A DNA stretch of 64,000 nucleotides. Source: Candidatus Thalassarchaeaceae archaeon (GTDB taxonomy: Archaea; Thermoplasmatota; Poseidoniia; Poseidoniales; Thalassarchaeaceae). Positions within the stretch are counted from its first letter, which is position 1. Each line of letters starts with the position of its first letter. Positions 10,001 to 19,835 of the stretch are shown one piece after another. The DNA lies in assembly GCA_023268715.1 (NCBI GenBank), contig JALRLV010000003.1, positions 84,636 to 148,635 of the forward strand, read 5' to 3'. The translations under genes were made by a program, and so were the position numbers. The notes under the pieces were generated by a model. That model saw only the letters and a program-made list of their open reading frames with translations, made no database searches and had not been told where the DNA came from.

Positions 10001-13000
10001 CTGGAATATTCCATCTGGAGTTGAGGTGATTGATGATTTGCTTAACGCAACAGCCGTTACGAGTACAATCACATCCGAGTACTTAGATTCGGTCAGGCCA
10101 ATTAAGAGAATTAACTTCCTTGGAAATGCCTCAAACAATGTTCTTGTAGCGATTTTGGATGAAAATGGAAACGATATCGCGAATAATACTCAGGGAGGTT
10201 ATGTTTCCTTCACTAATCCTATCGACGGATATGGGATTCGAGTAACTCTGCCTCCGAATGGATTCATCGATGAGATGTGGATTACACCGGTTTATGCCGA
10301 GCCCGCGAGAGATGTTGCAATTGATGTTGCGGAAGACCAGACAGACGATTGGGATTTCCCATACTCCAATGGACGCGGGCATCTCGGCTGGCAGACTACA
10401 ATGTTAGCGGAAGAAGCAAGTTCTAACCCCAATCAAATGGGATCCACTTCATTAGAATTATCACTCACTTCGGGAGTGCAGGAGAGTTTGACAATCCTAA
10501 TTCCGGATGGCGCTATTGCCCATTCAGGACTGTTGGCTATCACATCTGATGCTGATGGCTTCGATAGTTCAATAAACATAGGAATTAATGGATATCAAAA
10601 ATATACATCTTCTTCAGATCAATATCTGACTTACTTCACATTCTCTCCAAATCAGGTTGCATCCATATCAGCCATGGGTAGTTCATGGACCGATACGAAT
10701 GCCAATTCGCGAGATTGGAAAGAAGTTGATGTTACATTGGAGAGTTCTACAACCCAAACAGTTACTCTATCTAGGTTAGCAATATCTTACTCATTGTATG
10801 AGACAGTTTCAGATTTGACTAATTCTCTAGCAGCTTACCATACTACAGCTGCCGCGGATAACCCGGGTGCTGTGAATATTAACATTCCAACAAATATCAC
10901 CGCACCTGCTGGGCAGATATCGATTAATGGGCAGATAGAGCATGAATTAATGATTAAGAACAAGGATTTCAACGTACCACAAGTTTTCTATCCTGATGGT
11001 ACGATGTATGAGATAGTGACAATTCACCGACATTTGTATGATAATTCTGAATTGCAAACCATACTATTGGACGGTCACGCATCGGATGGAGAAACTGTTT
11101 CCTTTGAGGTGAGTAACTCTGACGATGATTCATGGGGAATGACTTCTGGTTCAGTTACATTCTCTCAGACATCTGGTTCTCAGTTGATGTCTCTCGATAC
11201 ATCTGCTAGTGAAGTATCGGTTGTTGATGGGGGAGATGGTTGGATGGAAGTTCAGGTAACTTGGAAATTTGATATTTCTTGGAACTGGAATGATGTTGAT
11301 CGAATCAATTGGATTGCCCAAGCATTAGACAGCGATGGAGCTTCTATATGGCCCGCTAATTCCGTAAGTGGTATTTTCGGAAATGCGGTAGAAAATGATT
11401 TACAAATTGATTCATTTGAAATTCGTGACCAGTTTGGACGTCTGGTGTCAAATCAGTTCTCGACCTTTTACCCCTTCCCAATTTTGGAGGGTAGTGACAT
11501 TAACATCACAGGATCAGTCAGATTCCAGAATTCCTTGGATACCAGGCCAACTGCATCTGATTTCCAAGTTCGACTTAATCTATCGGGGTCCCTCTTCCTC
11601 TTGGATTCCTTTGACGATGGAGTGTTCTCTGGAACATTCAGCACTCCAATGGGACTATCCGAAATCTCAGCATCTCCTGAACTATTTAGAATTGGCCCAC
11701 TATCTGGTTCTATAGGCGGCGAAGACACATCTGGCCAACCACCGATTGTGGTTATGGTCAATGACTACACCCCTCCAACTGCAGGACCGCTTCAGGTAAT
11801 GACTCCGTCTGGTTTGCAAAATGCTAACGGTGCGGTCTGGGATCCGTCTCAATCACTCAGCCTGTATGTGACTGTAGAAGAGCCAGAGGCTAGAGGTGAA
11901 ACACTAACCATGCATTACTGGAGAGCAGACATGGACGATCTAAACTCAAATGGTATTGCTGAAGTCGAAGAATATCTTTCTCAGGTTCAATTACTTTCCA
12001 CTGGAATGACAGGAGAGCAACAAGTAAGTTTCGCAGGAATCGACGTTTCAGGACAATCTTTCAATGGTGAGGTTCACATCTATCTCGAAGGAACAGATTG
12101 GGCTGGCTTGACTTATCAAGAAGGAGGGACTGGCGGTGGACCAGGTGCGGACAACTCTTGGGCTAGTGTAATAGTAGCCACTGATGAGCCGACTGAAATC
12201 GTGAACAATGGATTCAATCTAGACAGGAAAACCGGATATCTTTTGGCCGGTGTCCCTCATACTTTTACGATGCAAATAAGCGAACCTAATGGTTTGCAAA
12301 CCTTGGATAATATCACCATAATGCTATGCGGCGATCGCCTCGATGATAATCTAGGCGAAGTATCCTACAATCCCGGGACCGGTGAAATATGGACTGCAGA
12401 CGACTCTATGGTGTCTCCACTTACAGTACAGACCACTCAAATCACCCAATCGGTAATAGAACTTGCAATGACATTCGAATTGTCTTGGGAATATCCATGG
12501 GAAGAAGGCCAATTTGGATGCAAGCCAAGTGTCAGTATTATTGACGATATTACAGAAGTCGCCTATCTGAATAACATTGGAGACTTAACTTGGGTACTGG
12601 ATAACTCGCTCGTTGCCGTAGCTTCCGGTATGTCTGATTTGACACCACCTATAGTCGCCACAGACGATACTCACCTCTTCTTGAGACAAGGTGATGAATT
12701 CGGAATGACCGGTGGTGTATTCTTTGCTGGTTCTGGAGAAATATTCACAGAAGTGCCAGATGACTTGCAAGTAGAGATGACTTTAATTTACGGAACACAG
12801 GAACTCAGTTCGATTGCTGATGTTAATAATGATGGTCAGTGGTACGCTACTTTGACACTTCCAGGTATACCACCATACAATCCTACAATGAATGTCACCA
12901 CAACCGTGCTTAATGTGCCCGGAAGCGGAACTACATCGACAAATACTAACGGTCATATCACAGTAGACAGTAAATCGCCAACCGTCTTGTTTGACCAAAT

Positions 13001-13898
13001 TAATTATCCGGATTCCTCGCTGACAGTGCTTGAATCTGATCTCCTTGAAGAAGTTCTAGTTTCGTTGATTATTGTGGATGAAATCGGTATGCCTGATTCT
13101 GATCTTGAAGTCGCATGGGTATACCTGAGAGATAACCAGATGGTTGCAGGAACAGAAGATACCGGAACTCTAGCCTTATTGCTATCTGAAGAAGGAAGGG
13201 AAGTATTCCAAGGAAAGCTGGACCTTACACCAATGCTCGAGGGACATAAAATTCAAAATGGGGATAGGATATTATTCTGGGTGACATCAACCGATAAGTC
13301 AGGAAATGAAATCCAGGGCTTGGGTAGTCAACAATCTCCAAGAGCCGTTGCCCTGAGAGTTATGGAGTTCAATCCATCTCTTGACAACGTTGTTGTTACT
13401 CCAAAAGACCCTCTCCAAGATACAACGGTTGTGATCGAAACATATTGGTCCAACAGTGGTAAGAGAGATGGAACAATAGAGATTAACCTATACGAACTCA
13501 CCGAAGATGGAAAGTGGGTGACTGAACAGGCGAGTGTAGACCTAGAATTGTCGGCGGAAACATCATCGGTATATGCTAAGTTTGAGTGGGTTGCAGGAGC
13601 TCCAGGACAACCTGTGTTGTACATCATTGTTGACGATGATTTTGACAACCCTGCACACCCAGTAAGTGGATTAGTTGTTCAAGCACCAATCGTCGACGAA
13701 GGTGCCAGTGAAGATACAATGGTATACCTCATTATGGGAGGGGTTTTCCTTGTCGCAGTAGCAATGGTAGGATTCTTTGTTAGCAGGTCAAGAAGTGGTG
13801 ATGACGAATACTATTACGACGATGAGGACTCATATTATGAGGAAGACTACGAAGAAGATGAGTATGAAGAAGATGAGTATGAAGAAGATGATAACTAA
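7083..13898 (+). CDS. giant secreted, membrane-anchored surface protein (beta-sandwich repeats, CARDB-like C-terminus)
   Basis: Signal peptide RRRLATALVLLMIFAPLASA; repeated GW(F)xDN(I/V) jelly-roll motifs; C-terminal TM and acidic tail; D/T/S/G-rich. Confidence 0.85.
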   Translation: MPASRRRLATALVLLMIFAPLASAGVTNWTITTPINPDDDGVTTNAFSVPSNETIVDGWISVNSNPMASSNLDSISISGDDFDNGTYDGATGSVLDDNLTMYDDGSTSSVWNFDDNGNFTIAMADDYHSGPGEHLWQVENPIAPSTECGDLLLYNLSSGFDLDFDLTLDDDEITSTENLCQTNMTIENGTGQPPAGDVNGTVQNSTVTVMDYTLTTGDSNCPYGGTHIIWGNDFSIYYDKNTSLNASEIEGEFYFCNGQEVWFASLLDLGGTIVGDQQQLAHGVVPSAPSEGEVVVGTLPGQALDPGTDAWLLLPSSDIPANPDTHVNYSFSFDHWYDVESGDGLWVEHRLRNGSAGWGGWTWTDLESGYTHSISMGDLDVSGTPSSSTIPVFGGDAVSGWVSSFTNLSNISDITTFTEIQFRFRVVTALTSTGSAGWFLDNINYHNDGDNSGAWHHGCDVNGYAAYMYTGYCYYGHNKLGYLTYSGLDLTGATDIEFDLHWDLEGSGWDNACIELSNNNGGNWIDITSTSSSTTTQCRSRSGAIPGYGYSDMDGNSYGDDSGGLVTIKPDVPTAYQVANITIRFVVQTDSSVGYGSPGGTSDPDGREGLTVFGFRPVDSTGATLYSVYLDATTPTTPTGNEWRFLTLNSGFIDNQHGFEDSAVTEPESDDMDGFTRTSTNTCSNSPTCGWDLTPIISDDFGPSEAASFPYLYAIGAGGSFQGGVQEASLITPNISVPESGISFFTFEMWMCWSYSNWQGNMHGGALMVQVDGGAWELVNPGWYSETMSSYSSFSYIQTNLDGMPIWTDESCGDTDFTSYEVSMAEWAGSDVKFKFIAADKYGYGYSGQQGWFIDNVGVRQGHFSSPGDWMSQPIELNGLDSFNLGIVEIEGKIDENSTVTGSIIDAVTEEPIIGFESLDFPINLAGLDSETHPTVKVRLELSSSSTISTPIIRHVEVGGPRILSAELFDFNGWNIPSGVEVIDDLLNATAVTSTITSEYLDSVRPIKRINFLGNASNNVLVAILDENGNDIANNTQGGYVSFTNPIDGYGIRVTLPPNGFIDEMWITPVYAEPARDVAIDVAEDQTDDWDFPYSNGRGHLGWQTTMLAEEASSNPNQMGSTSLELSLTSGVQESLTILIPDGAIAHSGLLAITSDADGFDSSINIGINGYQKYTSSSDQYLTYFTFSPNQVASISAMGSSWTDTNANSRDWKEVDVTLESSTTQTVTLSRLAISYSLYETVSDLTNSLAAYHTTAAADNPGAVNINIPTNITAPAGQISINGQIEHELMIKNKDFNVPQVFYPDGTMYEIVTIHRHLYDNSELQTILLDGHASDGETVSFEVSNSDDDSWGMTSGSVTFSQTSGSQLMSLDTSASEVSVVDGGDGWMEVQVTWKFDISWNWNDVDRINWIAQALDSDGASIWPANSVSGIFGNAVENDLQIDSFEIRDQFGRLVSNQFSTFYPFPILEGSDINITGSVRFQNSLDTRPTASDFQVRLNLSGSLFLLDSFDDGVFSGTFSTPMGLSEISASPELFRIGPLSGSIGGEDTSGQPPIVVMVNDYTPPTAGPLQVMTPSGLQNANGAVWDPSQSLSLYVTVEEPEARGETLTMHYWRADMDDLNSNGIAEVEEYLSQVQLLSTGMTGEQQVSFAGIDVSGQSFNGEVHIYLEGTDWAGLTYQEGGTGGGPGADNSWASVIVATDEPTEIVNNGFNLDRKTGYLLAGVPHTFTMQISEPNGLQTLDNITIMLCGDRLDDNLGEVSYNPGTGEIWTADDSMVSPLTVQTTQITQSVIELAMTFELSWEYPWEEGQFGCKPSVSIIDDITEVAYLNNIGDLTWVLDNSLVAVASGMSDLTPPIVATDDTHLFLRQGDEFGMTGGVFFAGSGEIFTEVPDDLQVEMTLIYGTQELSSIADVNNDGQWYATLTLPGIPPYNPTMNVTTTVLNVPGSGTTSTNTNGHITVDSKSPTVLFDQINYPDSSLTVLESDLLEEVLVSLIIVDEIGMPDSDLEVAWVYLRDNQMVAGTEDTGTLALLLSEEGREVFQGKLDLTPMLEGHKIQNGDRILFWVTSTDKSGNEIQGLGSQQSPRAVALRVMEFNPSLDNVVVTPKDPLQDTTVVIETYWSNSGKRDGTIEINLYELTEDGKWVTEQASVDLELSAETSSVYAKFEWVAGAPGQPVLYIIVDDDFDNPAHPVSGLVVQAPIVDEGASEDTMVYLIMGGVFLVAVAMVGFFVSRSRSGDDEYYYDDEDSYYEEDYEEDEYEEDEYEEDDN
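13851..13890 (+). repeat. 15-bp tandem repeat GAAGAAGATGAGTAT (about 2.7 copies) encoding EEDEY
   Basis: Directly visible in the 3' end of the giant ORF. Confidence 0.85.
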
Positions 13899-14048
13899 TG
13901 AATTCATGCGACACTCATAGATTCGAAATACGTCTGAACTATATGTGAAACCCAATTTAGTCCTTATGCTAACCTGTTGAGTTTATAGACCCTAGAATTC
14001 CGAACTTTTGTTTGGGGAGATGAATTCTCCTCGATGGGGGATGGGGAT

Positions 14049-14219
14049 ATGGACCAGCATAGCGATGAGGTTACTGTAGAAGAATTGAGGGGCGAATTAG
14101 AGGATTTGAGGACACTAGTTCATACCCTTCTTACGATAATTATGGAGGAAGCGGATGGAGTTCAATCCGGCAATACTCCTCATATTCCAAACCAACCAAA
14201 ACGCGGATATTCGATGTGA
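14049..14219 (+). CDS. small hypothetical protein (coiled-coil-like)
   Basis: ORF filling the intergenic gap; amphipathic helix VEELRGELEDLRTLVHTLLTII; TTTATA box upstream. Confidence 0.55.
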   Translation: MDQHSDEVTVEELRGELEDLRTLVHTLLTIIMEEADGVQSGNTPHIPNQPKRGYSM

Positions 14220-14220
14220 A

Positions 14221-14874
14221 TCAGTATTCCACCGGTTCTGGATCTATTGATCTCCAAATGTACCAGACGCCCAGAGTGCGGTATGGTTTCCAATTTTCAG
14301 AAATATCATATAACTGAGGTTTTTCCAATGTTTTTCCCGAATTGTATAATTTTTCCATTCCTCTGATTAATCCAATATCATCAATTGGGAAAACATCTTG
14401 ACGTAACAAGGCAAAGATTAGCAGCATTTGAACTGTCCACCGTCCAACACCGCGTAATTTTACAAGTTCCTCGATTACTTCTTCGTCGCTCATTATATCC
14501 CAATCGATTTCACCAAATCCGTTTATCCAAGCCTCGGCAATTCCTACTATATATTCCACCTTTCTGTTTGACAGACCTACTTGCCTGAGTTCTTCGTGGG
14601 TTTTTGCAAGTATAGATTCTGGATTTACTTCGCCAACAAGGTCAAACAATCTAGACCAAACTGCAGAAGCTGCGATTACGGAAATTTGTTGCCCAACGAT
14701 TGATTTGATTAATGTCGCAAACAAATCTCCTCGGCTGCTTAACCGAGGCTCTTCAAATTCTTCGATTACACCATTTAGCAAAGTATCTGAGGCCGAAATT
14801 GCTTGTTTTGCAGAATCCCACCATTCAGGTGTCGAACCCGCATCCACCACAAACTTCCTCAGGATATCATTCAT
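14221..14874 (-). CDS. alkA: DNA-3-methyladenine glycosylase II (AlkA/HhH-GPD family)
   Basis: SIVGQQIS, GLS.RK..Y, HhH L.GVG.WT..M, D.FP.DD.G and W.PYRT motifs. Confidence 0.9.
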   Translation of the reverse strand: MNDILRKFVVDAGSTPEWWDSAKQAISASDTLLNGVIEEFEEPRLSSRGDLFATLIKSIVGQQISVIAASAVWSRLFDLVGEVNPESILAKTHEELRQVGLSNRKVEYIVGIAEAWINGFGEIDWDIMSDEEVIEELVKLRGVGRWTVQMLLIFALLRQDVFPIDDIGLIRGMEKLYNSGKTLEKPQLYDISENWKPYRTLGVWYIWRSIDPEPVEY

Positions 14875-14898
14875 TATGGCTTGACCGGTCGGCAGGTC

Positions 14899-15396
14899 AT
14901 GGATCAAGCGCAAGTAGTCCTCGCAGCAGGCTTATTCTGTACCATAGCATTTGCAGGTGTTGTTTTACTAGATTCTGAATCAAGCACTGATGGAATCCCG
15001 GATTGGGAGGTTTTGGAAGTCTGTCTAGCAGACCATAGTGGAAGTATTTCTCACATTCATGCAACTGTTTCAATAACCATTAATGGAAATAACATTCTAA
15101 TCCCGGAAGATATTGGGATTACAGATCAAGTCTGCCCGAATGGTATGCGTGGAGTACATACACATGACGATACTGGAAGGCTACACATAGAAACTCCGGG
15201 AGCTATGGAGGCGCCAGTTGGTGCTTTCTTTTCTATTTGGGGGGAACAATTCGATGACACACATATCCTGAATAAAGTTGCAAACGACAATAACGAAGTT
15301 GTAATGTTCGTAAACGGTCAACAGAATTTCGAATATGAAAATTACCTCATGGAAGACGGCGATGTCATAGAAATTGAATATCGTGAAAAACAGTGA
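14899..15396 (+). CDS. membrane-anchored His-rich putative metal-binding protein
   Basis: N-terminal TM; HIH and HTHD..G.LH.E motifs. Confidence 0.7.
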   Translation: MDQAQVVLAAGLFCTIAFAGVVLLDSESSTDGIPDWEVLEVCLADHSGSISHIHATVSITINGNNILIPEDIGITDQVCPNGMRGVHTHDDTGRLHIETPGAMEAPVGAFFSIWGEQFDDTHILNKVANDNNEVVMFVNGQQNFEYENYLMEDGDVIEIEYREKQ

Positions 15397-15402
15397 TATT
15401 TT

Positions 15403-16875
15403 TCATCCTTTAATTACAGCGAATGGCCTTAGTCTGGCAACAGGTCTAGCTAGGTTTGCGGCATTTGTAAGAGCGATTACCTCGTCCACATCTTTGTACG
15501 CTTCAGGCGCTTCTTCGGCAAGCACATTCGGAGTTTTCGCTCGGACATGAATTCCCGAGGCCTCAAGTCTTTCTCTAAGGGCTAATGAATCGACGGATTT
15601 CCTTGCTGCAGTTCTAGACAACTGTCTTCCTGCTCCGTGGCAAGACGAAGAAAATGCATCATTAGCCCCTTTCTTTGGCCCAGCTAAAACCCACGAGGCA
15701 GTCCCCATGTCTCCTGGTACCAAAACAGGTTGTCCAACACTCGAGAATTTACTTGCAAGTTCTGGATGATCTCCACCAAGTGCTCGAGTTGCCCCCTTTC
15801 TATGTACACAACATTTGCAAGATTTACCATGGACAATATGGTCCTCAACTTTCGCTATGTTGTGACTAACGTCGTATACAACATCTAATTCACCGTCCGA
15901 GCCTAGTTGATTTCTGAGCGTATTTCTCAACCTTTGTGTTAGTACAGAACGGTTTGCAAAGGCGTAATTTCCGGCAGCTCGCATCGCATCAAGGTAGGCT
16001 GTTCCTTCCCTACTGTAAATCGGTGCCGCTGCGAGTTGTCTATCGCGTAAACGATAATCCCAAGCTTGAGCAACCCAGTGGTCTCCATCGCGTTGATATT
16101 TACTTTCTATTTTCGCCACATGTTCACTACATACCTGATGGCCGAGTCCTCTTGATCCTGTGTGAATCATGGCGGTGACTTGACCTTCTCGCAAACCGTA
16201 GGCCTCCGCTGCAACCGGGTCTTCTATTCTATCTACTACTTGCAATTCAAGGAAGTGATTGCCTGAACCTAATGTTCCCAGAGCCTTCATTCCACGTTTC
16301 TGAGCTCTTTCCCCCACATTTCTCTCAGTACTCTCCAGTAATCCATTGGATTCTATTGCCAGTAAGTCTTCTGATTCACCCCACCCTATGTCAATTGCAG
16401 CTTTTGCCCCCTCAGAAAGCACAGAAGCCATAGTCGTCTCATCTAGTTGAAGTCCACCTTTGCTAGTAGCGCCAGCGGGGATTTGATTTGCAAGAGTACG
16501 AACTAACGACTTTGAATCAATGTCTGAAATCTCTACATCCATGGAACATAGTCGAACTCCACAATTAATGTCGAATCCAACTCCTCCCGGGGAAATTGCA
16601 CCACCTAATTCACCTGTATTTACGTCCGTAGCCACTACCCCTCCTATTGGAAAGCCATAGCCAAAATGCCAATCAGCCATTGCCCAGGCATCACCTACAA
16701 TTCCTGGCATACCAGCAGTGTTACAGAGTTGCTCGGGGGAACGGTCATCACTGTGAGCGTGCATATGCTTTTCATCTGAAATTAATATTGCATCAGTGAG
16801 CATAGAACCATGTTTGGAGATGCGCATTCGCCCGTCTCCATCACTGTCAAGATGCTCACGCCAAGCAGCGCTCAT
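15403..16875 (-). CDS. rtcB: RNA-splicing ligase RtcB
   Basis: GVGFDINCG, GTLGSGNHF.E, HTGSRG.G, DVSHN, HRKGAT, SCHGAGR and EEAP.AYK motifs. Confidence 0.97.
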   Translation of the reverse strand: MSAAWREHLDSDGDGRMRISKHGSMLTDAILISDEKHMHAHSDDRSPEQLCNTAGMPGIVGDAWAMADWHFGYGFPIGGVVATDVNTGELGGAISPGGVGFDINCGVRLCSMDVEISDIDSKSLVRTLANQIPAGATSKGGLQLDETTMASVLSEGAKAAIDIGWGESEDLLAIESNGLLESTERNVGERAQKRGMKALGTLGSGNHFLELQVVDRIEDPVAAEAYGLREGQVTAMIHTGSRGLGHQVCSEHVAKIESKYQRDGDHWVAQAWDYRLRDRQLAAAPIYSREGTAYLDAMRAAGNYAFANRSVLTQRLRNTLRNQLGSDGELDVVYDVSHNIAKVEDHIVHGKSCKCCVHRKGATRALGGDHPELASKFSSVGQPVLVPGDMGTASWVLAGPKKGANDAFSSSCHGAGRQLSRTAARKSVDSLALRERLEASGIHVRAKTPNVLAEEAPEAYKDVDEVIALTNAANLARPVARLRPFAVIKG

Positions 16876-16973
16876 GACAACTCGTGAAGCACAATTGATT
16901 TCAACGCGACGCAGCATAATGAACAATTGCTTTCAAGACGACTTGTCCGATGGGTAGACTGTAGGGAGGGGCA

Positions 16974-19835
16974 GTGATGAAGTTCGGAGAGACCAATATT
17001 CCCTTCTGGGAAGAGTCAGGTCACTCATGCAGAGTTTGTTCTGTCACTGGTCTCCGGTTTTGGTCACGAGACGAAAATCGTACAACTTCTGGTGATACGG
17101 TTGAAGACTCATACACATTTATTGGCAACCCGATAATCAAGGGATTTCCTATGCGTGGAAAAGAATTGAAAGATGCCATGCGTGAGACCTTCCTCGATTA
17201 CTTTGAGCAGAGAGGACATGCTAGAATCGACCCTTATCCAGTATTGGCTCGATGGCGAGATGATATTCACTTGACCATAGCCTCAATCGCTGATTTCCAA
17301 CCGCATGTAACTAGTGGATTAGTGCCTCCACCTGCAAATCCTCTGGGGATTAGCCAGCCCTGTATTCGATTAACCGATGTAGCAGCAGTAGGCCGTTCTG
17401 GTAGGCATTTAACCACCTTTGAAATGATGGCCCATCATGCCTTTAATCGACCAGATGATGGTGCTGTGGTTTACTGGATCGACCAATGTGTTCGATATTG
17501 TGATGATATGCTGGTTAACACATTTGGAATAGAGCCTGCTGATATCACCTATATCGAAAATCCCTGGTCCGGAGGCGGAAATGCAGGTCCGGCTCTGGAA
17601 GTCATTGTCGGTGGGCTGGAGTTAGCTACTTTGGTTTTCATGAATCTCGAGGAGCATGAAGACGGAGATGTCGAAATCAAAGGACTTCGATACAGAGAAA
17701 TGCCCCTGCAGATTATTGACACGGGATATGGTTTGGAGAGGTTTTGTTGGGCTGCGGCAGGGACCTCTACAATTTACGAAGCAATCTATCCGGAGTCTGT
17801 AGAATGGCTGAAACAAATCGCCGGTTTTGATTCGATGGTGGAAGGATTAGGGTTGGGTGTCGACACAGATGACTTACTTGCAGAATTATCTCAACTTGCT
17901 GGAATTCTCAATATTGATGTTGGAACCGATGTCGACTCATTGTACCAGAGACTCGTCGAAAGATTGGGAGACGGGGGTGTGGACATATCGGTTTCCGACT
18001 TAAAACGCGTCACTGAACCTCTTTCATCGATTTATGCAATCCCTGATCATATGCACGCAATTAGCAATATGTTAGGTGATGGCTTAGTGCCCAGTAATGC
18101 AAAGGCGGGTTATCTTGTTAGAATGATGGCGCGTAGAGTTTGTAGAATGAAGGGAGATTTAGGAATCGATGTCCCCCTACGAGATTTGGCTGCACATCAC
18201 ATCGACACTCACCTCGATATGATTGGATTTGTCCAGAGTAGGGAAGGAATTCTGACCATTCTAGACTTAGAAGAGGCTCGCTATCATGAGATGTTGAGAA
18301 AGGGTGAAGCTGCGGTTAGAACTGCACTTAGAGAACTTCCACAAGATGCTCATAATGCACCAGACGAAATACTATTTCGTTTAGCAGAAGAAAGAGGTCT
18401 AAATCCGGAAATGGTAGTTTCAATAGCAAGAAAATTAGGTTGGGAGAATCTCTCTGTTAGAGTGGGTTTCGCAGCAGATATGGCGGCTAGAAATGCAGAG
18501 AGAACAAAGGCCGCTGCAAAGGGGAACGAAAAAGGGCAAATTTTCCAAACTAACTTCCCTCCTACTCGACAAGATTACTATTCTGACACAAGTAAAACTG
18601 AATTCAGTGCAGCGGTTCTAGGTTGCAAGCCATTATCTAAAACACAAATCGACTCACTAAATCTATCATCAGAGGTTGTGGAACCGCCTACTCATTCTGT
18701 AGTTCTGGACAGTACTCTATTCTATCCCGAGGGAGGCGGTCAACTGGGCGACCAGGGACATTTAGGAACCGCAAGAGTGGTTGATACTAGAATAGAAAGT
18801 GGAGTAATATATCACCTAACTAATTGCTCTGTTGAAGAAGGAGAAATTTCAGGTAAAATAGACTGGAAAAGAAGACGGCAACTAATGGATCACCACACTG
18901 CGGTCCACATCGTAGGCGGTAGTGCTCGTGCGATACTAGGCCCACATATATGGCAAGCCGGTTCGAACAAGGGTGAGCGCTATGCAAGAATTGACTTAAC
19001 TCACTACTCCCGAATTTCTCGGAATGATTTGGATAAGATTGAAGATCATGCAAATGACATAATCGAACAGAATCCTGTTGTAGAAAAATTAGTCCTAGAT
19101 AGAGCAGAAGCTGACGTGCAATTCGGCTTTGAATTATACCAGGGTGGCCCACCTAAACATAGTCAAATTAGAATAATCAAAATCGGCGACCACGATGTGC
19201 AGGCTTGTGGAGGAACGCATCACGACAATACCGGTGAAGTTTCTGAACTTCGCATCATCCGGTCTAGTCAAGTCCAAGACGGGGTCGAGCGTCTGCAAAT
19301 CGTGGCAGGGGAGACGGCACGCGAGCACGCGCGAATTCAGGAACGCCTCTTGAACGAATCAAGCGAAGTCCTTGGGGTATCTCCAGATGACCTTCCAAGT
19401 GCGGTCTCACGTTTCTTTGATGAGTGGAAATCTCAGCAGAAGAAGATTGAATCGTTGGAAGCCGAAATCGTAAGACTGCGGACCAGTGGGGGCGGCGATG
19501 GCGCCATAGAAAAAGAAGGAATTCGCTATGCCATTATGGAAGTTGGTGGCGACATGAAAGCAGTTATGTCTATGCTAAGCCAATTAACACGGGATCCTCA
19601 AAATCCGACTCTAGCGGTTCTTGGAACTAGAGATGGAGGCGGGAAACTAATCGTCGCCATCACTGAAGGTTCACTCGCGGCTGAGAAACATGACGCCACA
19701 GAGATTCTTGCCGCCATAGCCGGACACATAAACGGAGGAGGGGGTGGGCGTCCGACAATGGCTCAAGGCGGTGGTTCAAACTCGGATGGTATACCCGATG
19801 CATTGGAAGCTGCTCGTAATATTCTCGGGTTGTGA
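16974..19835 (+). CDS. alaS: alanine--tRNA ligase (archaeal type)
   Basis: ARWRDD, QPCIR, GRH.T.FEM, IDTGYGLER, editing HHT.VH and CGGTH, C-terminal GGGGG DHHA1. Confidence 0.97.
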   Translation: MMKFGETNIPFWEESGHSCRVCSVTGLRFWSRDENRTTSGDTVEDSYTFIGNPIIKGFPMRGKELKDAMRETFLDYFEQRGHARIDPYPVLARWRDDIHLTIASIADFQPHVTSGLVPPPANPLGISQPCIRLTDVAAVGRSGRHLTTFEMMAHHAFNRPDDGAVVYWIDQCVRYCDDMLVNTFGIEPADITYIENPWSGGGNAGPALEVIVGGLELATLVFMNLEEHEDGDVEIKGLRYREMPLQIIDTGYGLERFCWAAAGTSTIYEAIYPESVEWLKQIAGFDSMVEGLGLGVDTDDLLAELSQLAGILNIDVGTDVDSLYQRLVERLGDGGVDISVSDLKRVTEPLSSIYAIPDHMHAISNMLGDGLVPSNAKAGYLVRMMARRVCRMKGDLGIDVPLRDLAAHHIDTHLDMIGFVQSREGILTILDLEEARYHEMLRKGEAAVRTALRELPQDAHNAPDEILFRLAEERGLNPEMVVSIARKLGWENLSVRVGFAADMAARNAERTKAAAKGNEKGQIFQTNFPPTRQDYYSDTSKTEFSAAVLGCKPLSKTQIDSLNLSSEVVEPPTHSVVLDSTLFYPEGGGQLGDQGHLGTARVVDTRIESGVIYHLTNCSVEEGEISGKIDWKRRRQLMDHHTAVHIVGGSARAILGPHIWQAGSNKGERYARIDLTHYSRISRNDLDKIEDHANDIIEQNPVVEKLVLDRAEADVQFGFELYQGGPPKHSQIRIIKIGDHDVQACGGTHHDNTGEVSELRIIRSSQVQDGVERLQIVAGETAREHARIQERLLNESSEVLGVSPDDLPSAVSRFFDEWKSQQKKIESLEAEIVRLRTSGGGDGAIEKEGIRYAIMEVGGDMKAVMSMLSQLTRDPQNPTLAVLGTRDGGGKLIVAITEGSLAAEKHDATEILAAIAGHINGGGGGRPTMAQGGGSNSDGIPDALEAARNILGL

